From: Salpingoeca rosetta | Lineage: Eukaryota > Protista > Choanoflagellata | Assembly (NCBI GenBank): GCA_033442325.1 | Contig: JAWQFM010000001.1 | Span: 3,451,711-3,515,710 of the forward strand | Direction of reading: 5' to 3' | DNA length: 64,000 nt | In this document: one piece after another, positions 21,399 through 34,338 of the stretch | How the letters are laid out: each line of letters starts with the position of its first letter | Numbering within the stretch: the stretch's first letter is position 1 | Position numbers and translations under genes: made by a program | Notes under the pieces: model-generated | What the model was told of the DNA's origin: nothing | Seen by the model: the letters and a program-made list of their open reading frames with translations, nothing else | The model's database searches: none

Positions 21399-22428
21399 CG
21401 CGAGTGATTGAGTCTCTATGTGTGTGTGTGTGTGAGCACACAAGGCACTACAACATCACTCCACCACAGCACCACAAGACATGTCAGCGTACCGCATCCA
21501 GGATTGCATGCCGAGCGGGCGTTCGTCGTCTGAATCCTCCAGCATGTAGTCATCGGTGCTGTCGCCACCGTCGCCAAACAGCCCGCTGCCGTCCGTCTCC
21601 GTGCCCTCCTCTTCCTCTCCATCACCGTCTTCCTCAAACCGCCGCTGCCGTGCGCGCCAAGCTGCACGCGCACCACCGCCGCTGCCATCACTGTCGGCAG
21701 CGGCGTCACCGTCATTGTCATCATCGTGTGTGTCGAGCGTGATAAGACCATCGGGCCCAACGTTGACAGCAACGGCGTTGGCGGGGAGGCGGCGGCTGCG
21801 GCGGCGGCCAAACCGCAGCCCCATGCCATCATCATCATCATCATCAGCATCATCATCATCATCATCATCATCGTCGACGTCGTGGCCATCGCCTTGACCA
21901 CGATTGCCATTGTCGCCGCCGCCATCACCACCGCTGCTGCCACTGATGCCGGTGGTCACGTCGCGGGCAGGCCGAATTCCGCGGTGCCTGGCGCTGGTGC
22001 TCGGAGATGCCTCGTCCTCGTCTGTGATGAAGATGCTGTGGTAGGACAGGAGGTCGCCTTGGGATGACCACACCATCGCCGATCGAAGGTCCTGCCTGGA
22101 CGGCAGTGGGCTGTTGTGAATCAGGTCTGCAGGGTCGCTGCCAGCGCGGGACCGCAGTGAGCCGCCACGACTACCACTCCGCCGCACCGTCACACCGCCC
22201 TTGTCGCCGCCACCGCCACCGCCGCCACCGCTGCCACCGACCACACCCAATGCTGCGTCGTCGCCAAGTGGGCCCCTTCCAAGGCTCTGCTGCGATTCGC
22301 TCCGCCTTAGCCACGCCGCCGCCCACGAGGGCAGCCGGTGGCTCCCGAGCAGGCCGCCCTTGCGTCCTTTCTCCTCACCGCTGTCGGCAGCAGCACTATT
22401 GTTGCCGTCTTTGCTTTTGCCATTGCCG

Positions 22429-22462
<34 letters not shown>

Positions 22463-22924
22463 CGTCGTCGTTGGCGTTGGCGTTGCTGCCCTTTGTGGTC
22501 GATGACGCTGACGCTGTTGCTTCAACCGAATCAGAGGTTGCCTGGCCAGCACGTCTCTCCTTGGCCAAGCGACGCTGCCGCCGCCGCCGCTTCTTCTGCT
22601 GCGAGCGCGACAGTCGCTTGCGCGCGGAGGATGGCTGCTCGCCAGAGGCCGCGGCGGTGCTAGCGTTGGCCGTGCCGGTGCTGTTGTCGGGCGAGCGTGT
22701 GGACGCGCGCCTGCGCTGTTTGTTGCCGCCTTCATCGCTCGTGGTGTCGACGGCGTTTTCATCCTCGTTGCTATCGCTGCTTGTGCGGCTGCCCGGACCA
22801 CCACGACCATCGTCGTCACCATCGCTGTTGCTGTTGCTGTTGCTGTTGCTGCGATCGCTGGAGGGCGATGCACCGTGGCTGCCATGCCGCTTGTTGTCGC
22901 TGTTGTTGTTGTTGTTGTCGCTGC

Positions 22925-22968
<44 letters not shown>

Positions 22969-23255
22969 GCGTCGCCGGCAAAACCTTCGTCGTGGTGGCC
23001 CTGGTCACTGGCGTTGCGCAGAACGCCGTTCCTCTGCGAGCTCCTGCTGCTGTTGTTGTGATTGTTGCTGTTGCCGGCAGTGTCTGCTGCAACGAAGCCG
23101 TGCCAGACCTTCCATGCCACCGCACCGGCTACGCCGACAGAGGCCGCAAGCGCCACCAGCGTCCATGGGCGCTGTGATCTCAGCCACGTGGTAGTGCCAG
23201 TGGTGGTGCCAGTGGTGGCGGCGTCCCCGACAGCACCGGGAGAAACAAGGCCCAT
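20264..23255 (-). CDS. Hypothetical N-terminally anchored membrane protein; low complexity, acidic and His-rich; 2 exons
   Basis: ORF 23255-~21491 has a hydrophobic anchor (WTLVALAASVGVAGAVAWKVW) and donor GTACGC. The second exon, ~21256-20264, reads MALHAQELAQ...HHHHH...LLQHEEIDED*. Confidence 0.7.
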
Positions 23256-23524
23256 GACAGCAGCACCCTTGCCCGCAAGCCAGTTCCTGCTGCCGTCTTG
23301 GTTGTTGCCTATTCACATCACATCAAGCACATCACAAGCAAACACACACACGCACACACGCACAAGTCATTGATGAGGCACAACTATGGCAGACATCAAT
23401 CAGCGTCGTGCAAGTGCGTCACAGTGCACGAACAATTGGGCGCGTGTATGTGTGGTGCGTGCTGTTTGTGTGTGTGTGTGTATGTGTGGTGCGTGCTGTT
23501 TGTGTGTGTGTGTGTGTGTGTGTG

Positions 23525-23559
<35 letters not shown>

Positions 23560-25505
23560 GTGTGTATCTGTGTGTGTGTGTCGTGTGTGTGCATGGTTGA
23601 TCGCATCAAGGGCGTGCACAAGTCGTGCAATCGTGTGCAAGTGGTGCGTGTCACATGCATCATCCATCATCCATCACCGCCATTACCCATCACCAGCAGC
23701 ACGAAAACATAGACACACAACATTCGTGATCATGATGGCCATGACATGACACATTACCAACGAAAGTCGACAAGCGCAGGTCATGAGCAATCATCAATGT
23801 CACATTATGTTACACACACACACACACGCACTGCGTGCATGCCACCCCAACATGGTTTGTGACACATGCACGCACTCGTGTAATGCAGCCTGACAAAACC
23901 AAAACGAACCTCTTGGGTTGGTTGGTTCGTGTCGGCTTGGGTCCGCGCGCGTGTGTGAATGTGTCTTGGTTATGAACAAGAGTACGGAGGCAGCGACACC
24001 ACAGCGGAGTCGTGTCGTCGTCGTCGTCGTCGCCTCGCCTCCTCCTCGCAAAAGCAGTTGTGTGTGTGTGAACAAACGCCTTTATTCTTTTGCTTCTGAC
24101 ACATAAATAAAAATCGGCTGGACGAAAAGTAAGTGAAATTTTCGATAAATTATCTCACCTTCAAGGCAGCTGCAAGGGGTGGCGTTTTGCTTGGGCCATG
24201 ACGTTCTTGCAAGCAAGGCCAAAGCAAGCAAGACTGACAGCGGGCTTGCTGCAGCTGCTGGTGTGTGAAGTGGTTGCGTGCCCACACTGCATTGTTGTGT
24301 GGCGCGCGCTGATTGCTGTGATGTGACACACAACCACGAGCAAAGCAAGCGAGCAACATGGGTGGCGACGCAATGCACTCAGCCGCTTTCTTGGTAGCCA
24401 ACCAACCGTTTGAGACATTGGTGATCGTTGTGGCGCTTGCCATCTTGGCGACGGACGTAACGAGAGCTTTCTTCATGTGACATACTCATACATTGTGAGT
24501 GACATGATGTGAAGCCCGTGTGAGTTAGGCTTGTGTTTCTTGTGTGCTTACTCGTGCACCTGAAAGCTTTCGTCAGCCTTCTCTCATCAGCATATCACTG
24601 GTGGTGCAGCAACACGCACGAACCACCGTGCTCTTCCCAGGCCTTCCCTTGTGTTTATGCCCTGATGGTCTTGCACGTTGGCGCACAATCATTTTCATCA
24701 TCACCATCAGCATCAGCCGCTGTCACACACCTGCCGCAACACACTGCATACACACACACACACACACTTGTGCCGGCCCTCTCTCACGCACATACACATA
24801 CACGTACACGCACACCTTGCTGTTGGATTCTGACACCACCTGATACAGCCACACAGCACCGACCAGCCCTTCGTGTTCTTTTGGGCTTGTTCCTCCCCTT
24901 TCCTGCAGCCGTTTGGGCCTATCCCGGTCTCTTTTGCTCTGACGCAGGCGCTCGAGGAAGGACCATCATCCAGCAGAACAACAAGGAGAGGAAAAAATCC
25001 ACACCTTCCCTTCCCCCGAACAGCTCACTCGCACACACATCCCGCCCAAGCCTCAACCACGCCAATCCAATCCAATCCAACCACACAGGCAGCTTTTCAC
25101 CTGACACAGACATCGACACGACACGACATCCCCAAGCCATTCCAAAAAGCCGGTGGACCTAGCAAGCCAGCGGGCCTTGACCCAGTTCAGCGAACGTGCT
25201 GTGCTGGTCGCGACCTCCTTTCCTTGTCTTGCTCTTGCGCAGCAGCAACTCAACCAACCCAACGGATAGACACTGCGCCGCGTCTCATTCGCTCTCGCAC
25301 CTGACCTCGTGTGTGCGTTTCTGCGACGACTTTGTCAACTTCATCTCGGCACACCATCAACCGACCAACCAACCACCAGCAAGCCCTCATTTCCCCCCAG
25401 TGCTCGTCGCCCGCGACACCACCACCACCAGTGGAGCCTTTTATTGGCGACAGCAACCACAGCAACCACACAGACTCAACAGCACATACACGTGTACACA
25501 TCACA

Positions 25506-25686
25506 ATGCCGCCTGCGACAACAGCGAATGCTGGCTTCTACGCCAGCATTGATAGCTTGCTCCAGCCTGAACCGGTACAAACCGCATCGTTTGGCTCGCT
25601 CTCCAAATCAGAAGAGTCCCAGGAATGCCCCATCTGCCTCGATCCGTGAGTATCCACAAACACCATGTGCTTGCGTACATGTGTGT

Positions 25687-25730
<44 letters not shown>

Positions 25731-26482
25731 TGTGTGTTGTACAAGGCACAAGCAATGCTGGTGTGTGCAGCTGTATGTGAAGTGCACACAGCTGTTCGGT
25801 AGAGCTGTTGCGTCGTCTCAAATTCCGCCATCCCTGTTCCCCGCAACTCACACAACACCTTGAACATCCCCCATTTCCAACGACGCGCAGGGATTGCGAC
25901 CAGCGCCTGTACCGCCTGAAGGACTGCGGCCACGTTTTCCACAAGGACTGCCTGACAGAGTGGCTGCAATGCCAGACCACGTGCCCGCTGTGTCGGGCCA
26001 TGCTGCACGCCGCCATCGAGCTTCGCTACCGCGGCCACTACAGCGTGGAGAACAAAAGCGCGACGCCAAAGGCCATGCACTCGCTCCTGCACCGTCTCAT
26101 CGACAAGGTGGCCAGCGCCGGCATGTTCAGCAAGTTCAACCGGTGCGTGCGCGGCGGGTTCAACTGCGACTCGACTAACATCATCTTCACCACGCGGGAG
26201 GGCCTCTCGGAGGGGCAGCCACCACGCCACGTCGTCCGCCTCTTCAAGCGCAGCGACCCCTCCCCCGAGGACAGCGTCAACATCGACCTGGGCAACATGA
26301 GGGAAATCTACTGCAGAGGGCGCTACTGCCTGCTGGCGTCGTTTGTTCCTGGTCAGGGCACAGACCGCTATCGCGTGCATGTGTTTGACGCGGGCAACTC
26401 GAACCGCGCCGCTGCCGTCTTCTCGAAACTGCGCGAGGTGTGCGAGCCGCGATCATACATCAGGGGGGTGCGCTACGAGTGA
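25506..26482 (+). CDS. RING-H2 finger protein with C-terminal PTB/PH-like domain, 2 exons
   Basis: Intron 25646-25890 joins ECPICLDP to DCDQRLYRLKDCGHVFHKDCLTEWLQCQTTCPLCR (C3H2C3). The C-terminal domain reads YRGHYSV...YRVHVFDAGNSNRAAAVFSKLREVC. Confidence 0.88.
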
Positions 26483-27057
26483 ATTACGAGTGGACGCCTT
26501 TTTTTTTTTTTCCCTCACGTCCCTTTGTCGTTCACGAGCATGCTTCATGCATCTGCCACCCTTTCGCTTCCTCCACCCTCCCACTCTCCTCTCTCTGTGT
26601 GAGCGCGCTTGCCCCGCTGTTTATATCTAAAGGTTGGTCATTGGCTTGTGGTGGCTGTTGTGATGGTTGTCGCACACGCTTTGATGATGGCCTCCCCTCC
26701 CCTCCCCGCCATGAACTTTGATTTGATGGTCTAATGGACGTGTCGTGTACGCATGCGTACGCGCACCTCTTCTTGTTGTATCGTGATAGTTGACAGCATA
26801 ACTGACTGCTCTTTGGCGTGCGCGCGCGCGTGTGTGTGTGTGTGTGTCTCCCACCCCAAGGACGCTTGCTTGCCTTGACCCCTCCCTCGCCCTTGTACAT
26901 ATGGTCTGCGATGTTGGGGGTGGCTCTCCTTGTCTCTCGTTGGTGGGGTCGCGGGTAGATGATGCCTTGATGGTGTGAGAGAGTGTGGCTTCGTTGTGTG
27001 TTTGTGGTGCTTACCAACATCTGTTACAGCAACCGCGTGCACGTCTACTGCTTGTGT

Positions 27058-28706
<1,649 letters not shown>

Positions 28707-28900
28707 GGCGATGACGGGCTGCGGGTGGTGGATGGTGTGTGTGGATGGTGTGTGTGGTGTGCTGTGTGTGTGTGTGTGGTGGTCGTTCGTCTCCTTCACG
28801 TTTGCCGAAATTGCACAGAATCGGCAACAACGGATACACAGAGGACGACAGTGGAAACAGAAGCAGCGCCACAACAGCAGCAGCAACACTCAACGAGGCG

Positions 28901-29316
28901 ATGAGCGTGGGGCGGTTACAGGGGTGGCTGCAGGAGGCTGGTGTGGGGTTGGTGGTGCTGTTGCAGGTGGCGCTGCTGCACATTGCGTTCTCATATACCA
29001 GCGCGAGGACCCGCGGTAGCGTGCCGTCCCGGTTTATGACGGTGGTGGTTCACGATGTTGCTGCGGCGCTGTTCTTCGCCGCGTCCATCTACAACCTGCT
29101 GCGCGTCATCGCTGCCGCACCCGTGAGCGCGCAGCGCAGGCATGATGTTCCAACCCAGGTCACCCGTGTCGCGTCCTCGGGACTTCCGACTGCTCAGTAC
29201 ACAGCCAACCTTCAACCACGGTCAGTTGCAGAAGCATAGATAAAGAAAGAGAGAGAGAGGAGGGAGGGAGAGGGAGAAATTGCGTGTGTGCGTGCGTGTG
29301 TGTGAGTGTGCGAGTG

Positions 29317-29401
<85 letters not shown>

Positions 29402-30298
29402 GTGTTTGTTTGTTTGTTGACCTGATGCTGTTGCGGCAAGAGCGTGGTCACCAAGTTTGCGCTCACACGACGCTGCTCATTGCTTTCTCACACTTGGATC
29501 TACACATGCGTTGCAAAACAACAACTTCACACGCACACATGCACACGTAACCAGGATCGCGCAGGCATTCACGGCACTGACGCAGGGGAGCAACCTGAAA
29601 ACGTTTGAGCTGCGTCACTTGATTCGCTTCTACTTGTACGGTGCCGCCTTTGGGTTCTTCACGGGCGCCTCCACGCTCGTCGTCATCTACTCTCAACACG
29701 GGTATGTTGTGTGTGTGTATGTGTGTCTGTCTCTGCGTGTCTATGTGTGTGTGTGTGTCTGTCTCTGCGTGTCTGTGTGTGTGTGTGTGTCTGTCTGTGT
29801 GTTGTCGATGGTGTTGTCGTTGCCCGTGAGGTTGTGGCACATGTGCGTGCGTGTTGATGGCTTGTTTGACCCAGTGGTTGACAGGACACTTTAACTTCGC
29901 ATGACGCCTTCATTCAGGTTAAAAGCGTTCACGCTGAGCACGTTCATGGCCATCGCATCGCCCATGGCCATGCTCTGGCAGGACGAAAGCACATGGGTAC
30001 GCGTACATGTGTGTGTGTGTGGTGTGTGTCTGTGTGTGTGTGTGTGTGAGTGTGCGTGTGAGTGTGTACATATGTGTGGCTGATATCTGGTGGTGGTTCC
30101 GGCATGAAGGAGGTGCCGCTGGTGTCCGTCGAATGCCCTCACACCCCGTACGCTCCGCCTCCCTTGCTCTGCTTTCCCTCATCTGCTCGCTCATGCACCA
30201 CCACTTGCTGTATTAGTTTGACCATTACGTGGCGTTTACCACGCGTCTCGCCTTTGCCCAGTTCATCCTATGCGTCGCCGGCCTCATTTACCAGGTGT

Positions 30299-30380
<82 letters not shown>

Positions 30381-30821
30381 AGTGAGGTAGCGCCCAGTTA
30401 CAATCATGCGAACACGCACACACATATACACACGCACACATATATACATACACACATGCACACATGCACATGCATACACAACGCACGGACATGCTGCACC
30501 CATGGCAGTCTCAACCCCCACTGGTTCTTGCACCCCCTTCACCCTCCACTGACATGTCGTGTCACGTGTGCCAGTTCCAGAACATTCTTCGCGGCGGCAC
30601 CACGGAACTGCCGGCCAAGCACACCATGCAGCAGCGCTCACTCACCTACTTTGCAGAGGTGTTTATGTGTGTGTGTGTGTCTGCGCGCGCATGTGTGCGT
30701 GTGCGTGTATGTGTGTGTTTATGTGTGTGTGTGTGTGTGTGTATTGGGAGAGGATCTTACTCTCACATGCCCTCTCGCCCAGTCGGCTTTGTGCTCATTG
30801 TGCCTCACTCTCACTCTCGCT

Positions 30822-30865
<44 letters not shown>

Positions 30866-30989
30866 ACGTGTTCAACGTTGGCCCCTGTAGGTGTTTGGCA
30901 AGTCCGGGTTGTACACGTGGTTCCTGCCGGCTTGGTTTGACGCCCCCATGGACAGGGCTGAGCTCACACACCAGGACAAGGTCATTTAA
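28901..30989 (+). CDS. Four-TM protein resembling ZDHHC22/24-type palmitoyltransferases but without a recognisable DHHC cysteine-rich domain; 6 exons
   Basis: TM1/TM2 exon ...SIYNLLRVIAAAP...LQPR | ...ELRHLIRFYLY-TM3 | ...DESTW | FDHY-TM4-IYQ | FQNILRGGTTE...YFAE | VFGKSGLYTWFLPAW...KVI*. All junctions are GT-AG and in phase. Confidence 0.7.
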
Positions 30990-31642
30990 TAACGCCAGCC
31001 AACGGCATCGGCAACCAACGCACAAACGCACGAACACACGCATGCAACAGTAATGATGAATGACATGTCATACAACGCATGCAAACAAACAAACAAATAA
31101 AACACACACACACGCACAAACACAAAACATACATGCAAAAACACACACACACACAAAACATAAGACGTACTGTACTGCATGGGTTGTCTAAGCTTGTTAC
31201 TTTCATTTGCTTGGCTTCTTGTACCTCGATAAAAGCGCAACAGAAACAGCTTCACCACCTTCAACATCATCACCACCACCATGTGTAACACGTGCACCAA
31301 ATCCCTCAAATGCAACGACCGACCAGGAGTGAGGGAGAAGGTGAAGGACTGCACCGATTGCACCAACAACGAGCACGGGCGAATAGAAACAGACACAGCA
31401 GGTGGCTGCAACTGGTGCGGTGCTCCAGCAATGACGTGGGGTGCTGTGGTTGTAACAACCGGAGAAACGCTGACACGCACACGCAACGGGCGTCGCGCGG
31501 GTGCTCACCCACACGCTTGTCTCACGCACTCACGCCCTCGCACGCTCTCCATCTCTCTATCTTTCTCTCCTTCCCTCTCCCTCTGCTTCCAATCCCTCAC
31601 CACCTCTCCTAACACCATACAGCCCGCCCGCCCACCCCCACC

Positions 31643-32719
31643 TCAGCCCTGCGTCTGGTCTCCCTCCTCACCCCTGCTCGGCCCCTCGTCACTTGTGGTG
31701 CCCGGCGACCTGCTCTCCTCACTCTTGTCACCATCAGCACCATCGCAATCACGCTGCCGTGCGTGTCCACTCTCGCCGTCGCCGCGGCACTGCAGCTGCA
31801 CGTGTGTGAGCGGTGCGCGGATACCGACCGACCGCATGAGCGCCAGCGTCGCGTCCACGTGCGACACCGCCACCTCGTGCTCGCGCTCCGCCAGCACCAC
31901 GGCCTCCGCCGCGCGGCAGTCGAGCTGCTGCATGCGCGCGTTGATGAGCGCCATCTGCAGCGGCGGCAGCGACGGGTTGAAAGCGCAGTTCTCCACGTAG
32001 CTCCCGCGCACGTGCTTGTCGCCAATCACCAGGACCAGACCCGCGTGGGAGAGGGTGTGGGGCGAGTACGACGCCTCCGCTGCGGCCACGGCGCTCTCCA
32101 CGGCGGCCTTGGGCGCCACCGCCGCATCCGCATCCTTTCCGCTGCCGGGCACCACTGTTGGCGCAGCCAGCACGCGCAGCGGGGTCCTTGGGTGGGAGAG
32201 AAAGTGGATGGGGTCTGCGTGAAGGTCCGAGGGGCCAAAGCTGTGCGGCAGGAGCGCCTCAAACTTCAGCGGGTCGTGGTTGTCGACGAGGATGGTGATG
32301 TCCTTGGCGTTTGGGAGCTCGTTGATAAACTGGCGGCAGTGGCCGCAGGGCATGGCGGTGATGGCGATGGCCCTGACGGCCTCCTCGTGGCCAAGGAACG
32401 TGTTGGCCAGCGCGCACTGCTCCGCGTGGACGCAGGCGGCGATGCTCACACGGGTGTGCTCGTTGTTGGCGCCGAGGTAGACATTGCCCGAGGCGCCGAG
32501 GACGGCTGCGCCGACGTTGAAGTTGCTGATGGGTGCGACGGAGAGCGTCCGCGCCTGGGGCAGGAGGGCGCGCAGGGCGTCTGTGTGCGTGACACCGGCG
32601 CGGGAAGTAATGGTGTCAAAGTCTGACGCGGAGATGCGCCAGGCCCCGCTTAGCCCCATGGTGTCCACAAAATGGGCCACGCGCTGCGGGGCGCTCAGAG
32701 TAGCGACGTCAAGCGACAT
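31643..32719 (-). CDS. cdd: Homodimeric two-domain cytidine deaminase (E. coli Cdd/plant CDA1 type), intronless; ORF open upstream to ATG 33004
   Basis: ALLPQARTLSVAPISNFNVGA...YLGANNE...VHAEQ...PCGHCRQFINEL...LLPHSFGPSDL, plus second-domain GSYVENCAFNPSLPPLQ. Confidence 0.92.
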   Translation of the reverse strand: MSLDVATLSAPQRVAHFVDTMGLSGAWRISASDFDTITSRAGVTHTDALRALLPQARTLSVAPISNFNVGAAVLGASGNVYLGANNEHTRVSIAACVHAEQCALANTFLGHEEAVRAIAITAMPCGHCRQFINELPNAKDITILVDNHDPLKFEALLPHSFGPSDLHADPIHFLSHPRTPLRVLAAPTVVPGSGKDADAAVAPKAAVESAVAAAEASYSPHTLSHAGLVLVIGDKHVRGSYVENCAFNPSLPPLQMALINARMQQLDCRAAEAVVLAEREHEVAVSHVDATLALMRSVGIRAPLTHVQLQCRGDGESGHARQRDCDGADGDKSEESRSPGTTSDEGPSRGEEGDQTQG

Positions 32720-32846
32720 GGGCGTTGGTGTGGGGGTGTTTGAAGATGAGCCGGAGCAGCAGCAGGTGGTGCAGGCCGTCGAGCAGCAGGAAGAGGCGGC
32801 TGAGGGCCAGCAGGAAGAGGAGGAGGAGGTGGTGGTGGTGCAACTG

Positions 32847-32878
<32 letters not shown>

Positions 32879-33255
32879 GGTGTGGAGACTGTGTTTTGTT
32901 GCTGCTCTTGTTGTTGGTGGTGCTGGTGGTGTTGTGTGAGATTGTGATGAGGTTGGGAGAATGCGCTGGCCCTTTGTTGTTGCTGTGCTTGTGGCAGTGT
33001 CCATGTTTGGTTGTGGTTGAAAGAAACAAGCAAGAAGCAAGCACAGCGGGAAGAGTCAGACCAAAGGAAGAGAAAAGGAAGGAAAGCAGAAGAGAAGGCA
33101 AAAAGAGGAAGAGCAGGTGGGGGGAGGGACAACAAGCGACAACGGAAAACGATGGGCGGACGCGTCGCAACCACGCAGAGACAGTGGAGTGCACGCAAAG
33201 CTCACGCTAACGGAGCTGGTCACGACAAGCTGCTAGTGCAGAAAGAGAAGGCTGC

Positions 33256-33495
33256 AAAAAAAGGGTGGCACGTGTGCGGTTCTGCGTTCAACGAGTGCTA
33301 ACACCGGGGACAGCTTTCAAGAAACATAGGCAATCATCGACAATGACTAACATTCGGCGAGCGAACGACTCGGGACACACCGAAGACCCTTTGAAAGGAT
33401 CGATAACTGATTGAGAGACAACGCAACCCCCTTAACGTGACGCGCCAAGCCAACGGAGCCAACGATCACCGAATGCTTACGTAGGCACACAACAG
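33256..33495 (-). ncRNA. Candidate structured RNA of unknown family ending in a U7 tract
   Basis: Several helices need G-U pairs that form only on the minus strand: 33349-33360/33466-33477, 33331-33349 and 33385-33401. A closing helix pairs 33272-33277 with 33485-33490, and T7 lies at 33256-33262. Confidence 0.45.
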
Positions 33496-33711
33496 CTGTG
33501 TGGGGAAGCAGCGGAGAGAGACGTGCAGTTGTGTGTGATACAGTTGGATATGGCAAGCAAGCAAGCGGCCAGAAAGAAGAGAGGAAGCACAACAGCAGGG
33601 CGACCACCAGCCACACACACGCACACACCCCGCGCCAAACAAGAGCAAAAGCAAGAAGGGAGAAAAAAGGCACGTGAATTTCAGTTTATGGTGTTGTGCC
33701 CTGTTATTGGG

Positions 33712-33833
<122 letters not shown>

Positions 33834-34338
33834 CTAACCTTCTGTGTTCTGTGACTTCCCCCCCCCCAAACTTCCTCAACACAAGAACACACAACACACA
33901 ACACACATCGCAGCCGAATGGCACTCTCGTTCATGTCTTTGGGTGTATGGACAAGGAGGCGCGTACGAGAGAAGAGAACACAGGAAGAACAAGCTCAATA
34001 AGTGACAAGAAGACACACAGCCACTCAAAAGCAAGGGAAGCGAGAACGTAACGCAACAGAACGTAACCGCAGTCATACCTGCGAAAGAGAGAAGTGGAGT
34101 AACACAAAGCAGAGTGCAAGCTAATGAGACGAGATGAAGCCGAAGCACGGCACGGTGGAGGGAACAACAGAGCAAAGGCGACACACCACACCAACCTGAA
34201 GTGAACGTTGAGGACAACGCGACCTGCAACGACAGCCATGAACGACACCGCACACACAGCGAAGGTATCAAACCAATCAACACCAACAACAACAACGTCA
34301 CAATCACCACCACCACCACCACCATCACCGAGGCCTTG

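Noticed and set aside
24150-24476. 108-aa minus-strand ORF (MKKALVTSVAK...) in AT-richer intergenic DNA
   Set aside because: No domain and no GC3 bias; more likely promoter or UTR sequence between divergent genes.
31281-31440. Plus-strand ORF start with three CxxC pairs (CNTC, CTDC, CNWC)
   Set aside because: It lies in the convergent 3' UTR zone and continues into the antisense of cdd. Cys is over-represented by TG-rich composition and there is no supporting gene structure.
33380-33470. tRNA, U3, RNase MRP or telomerase RNA identity for the structured block
   Set aside because: No cloverleaf or T-loop, no U3 B/C/D boxes, the MRP-like motif lacks a downstream CR-V partner, and there is no CUAACCCU template.
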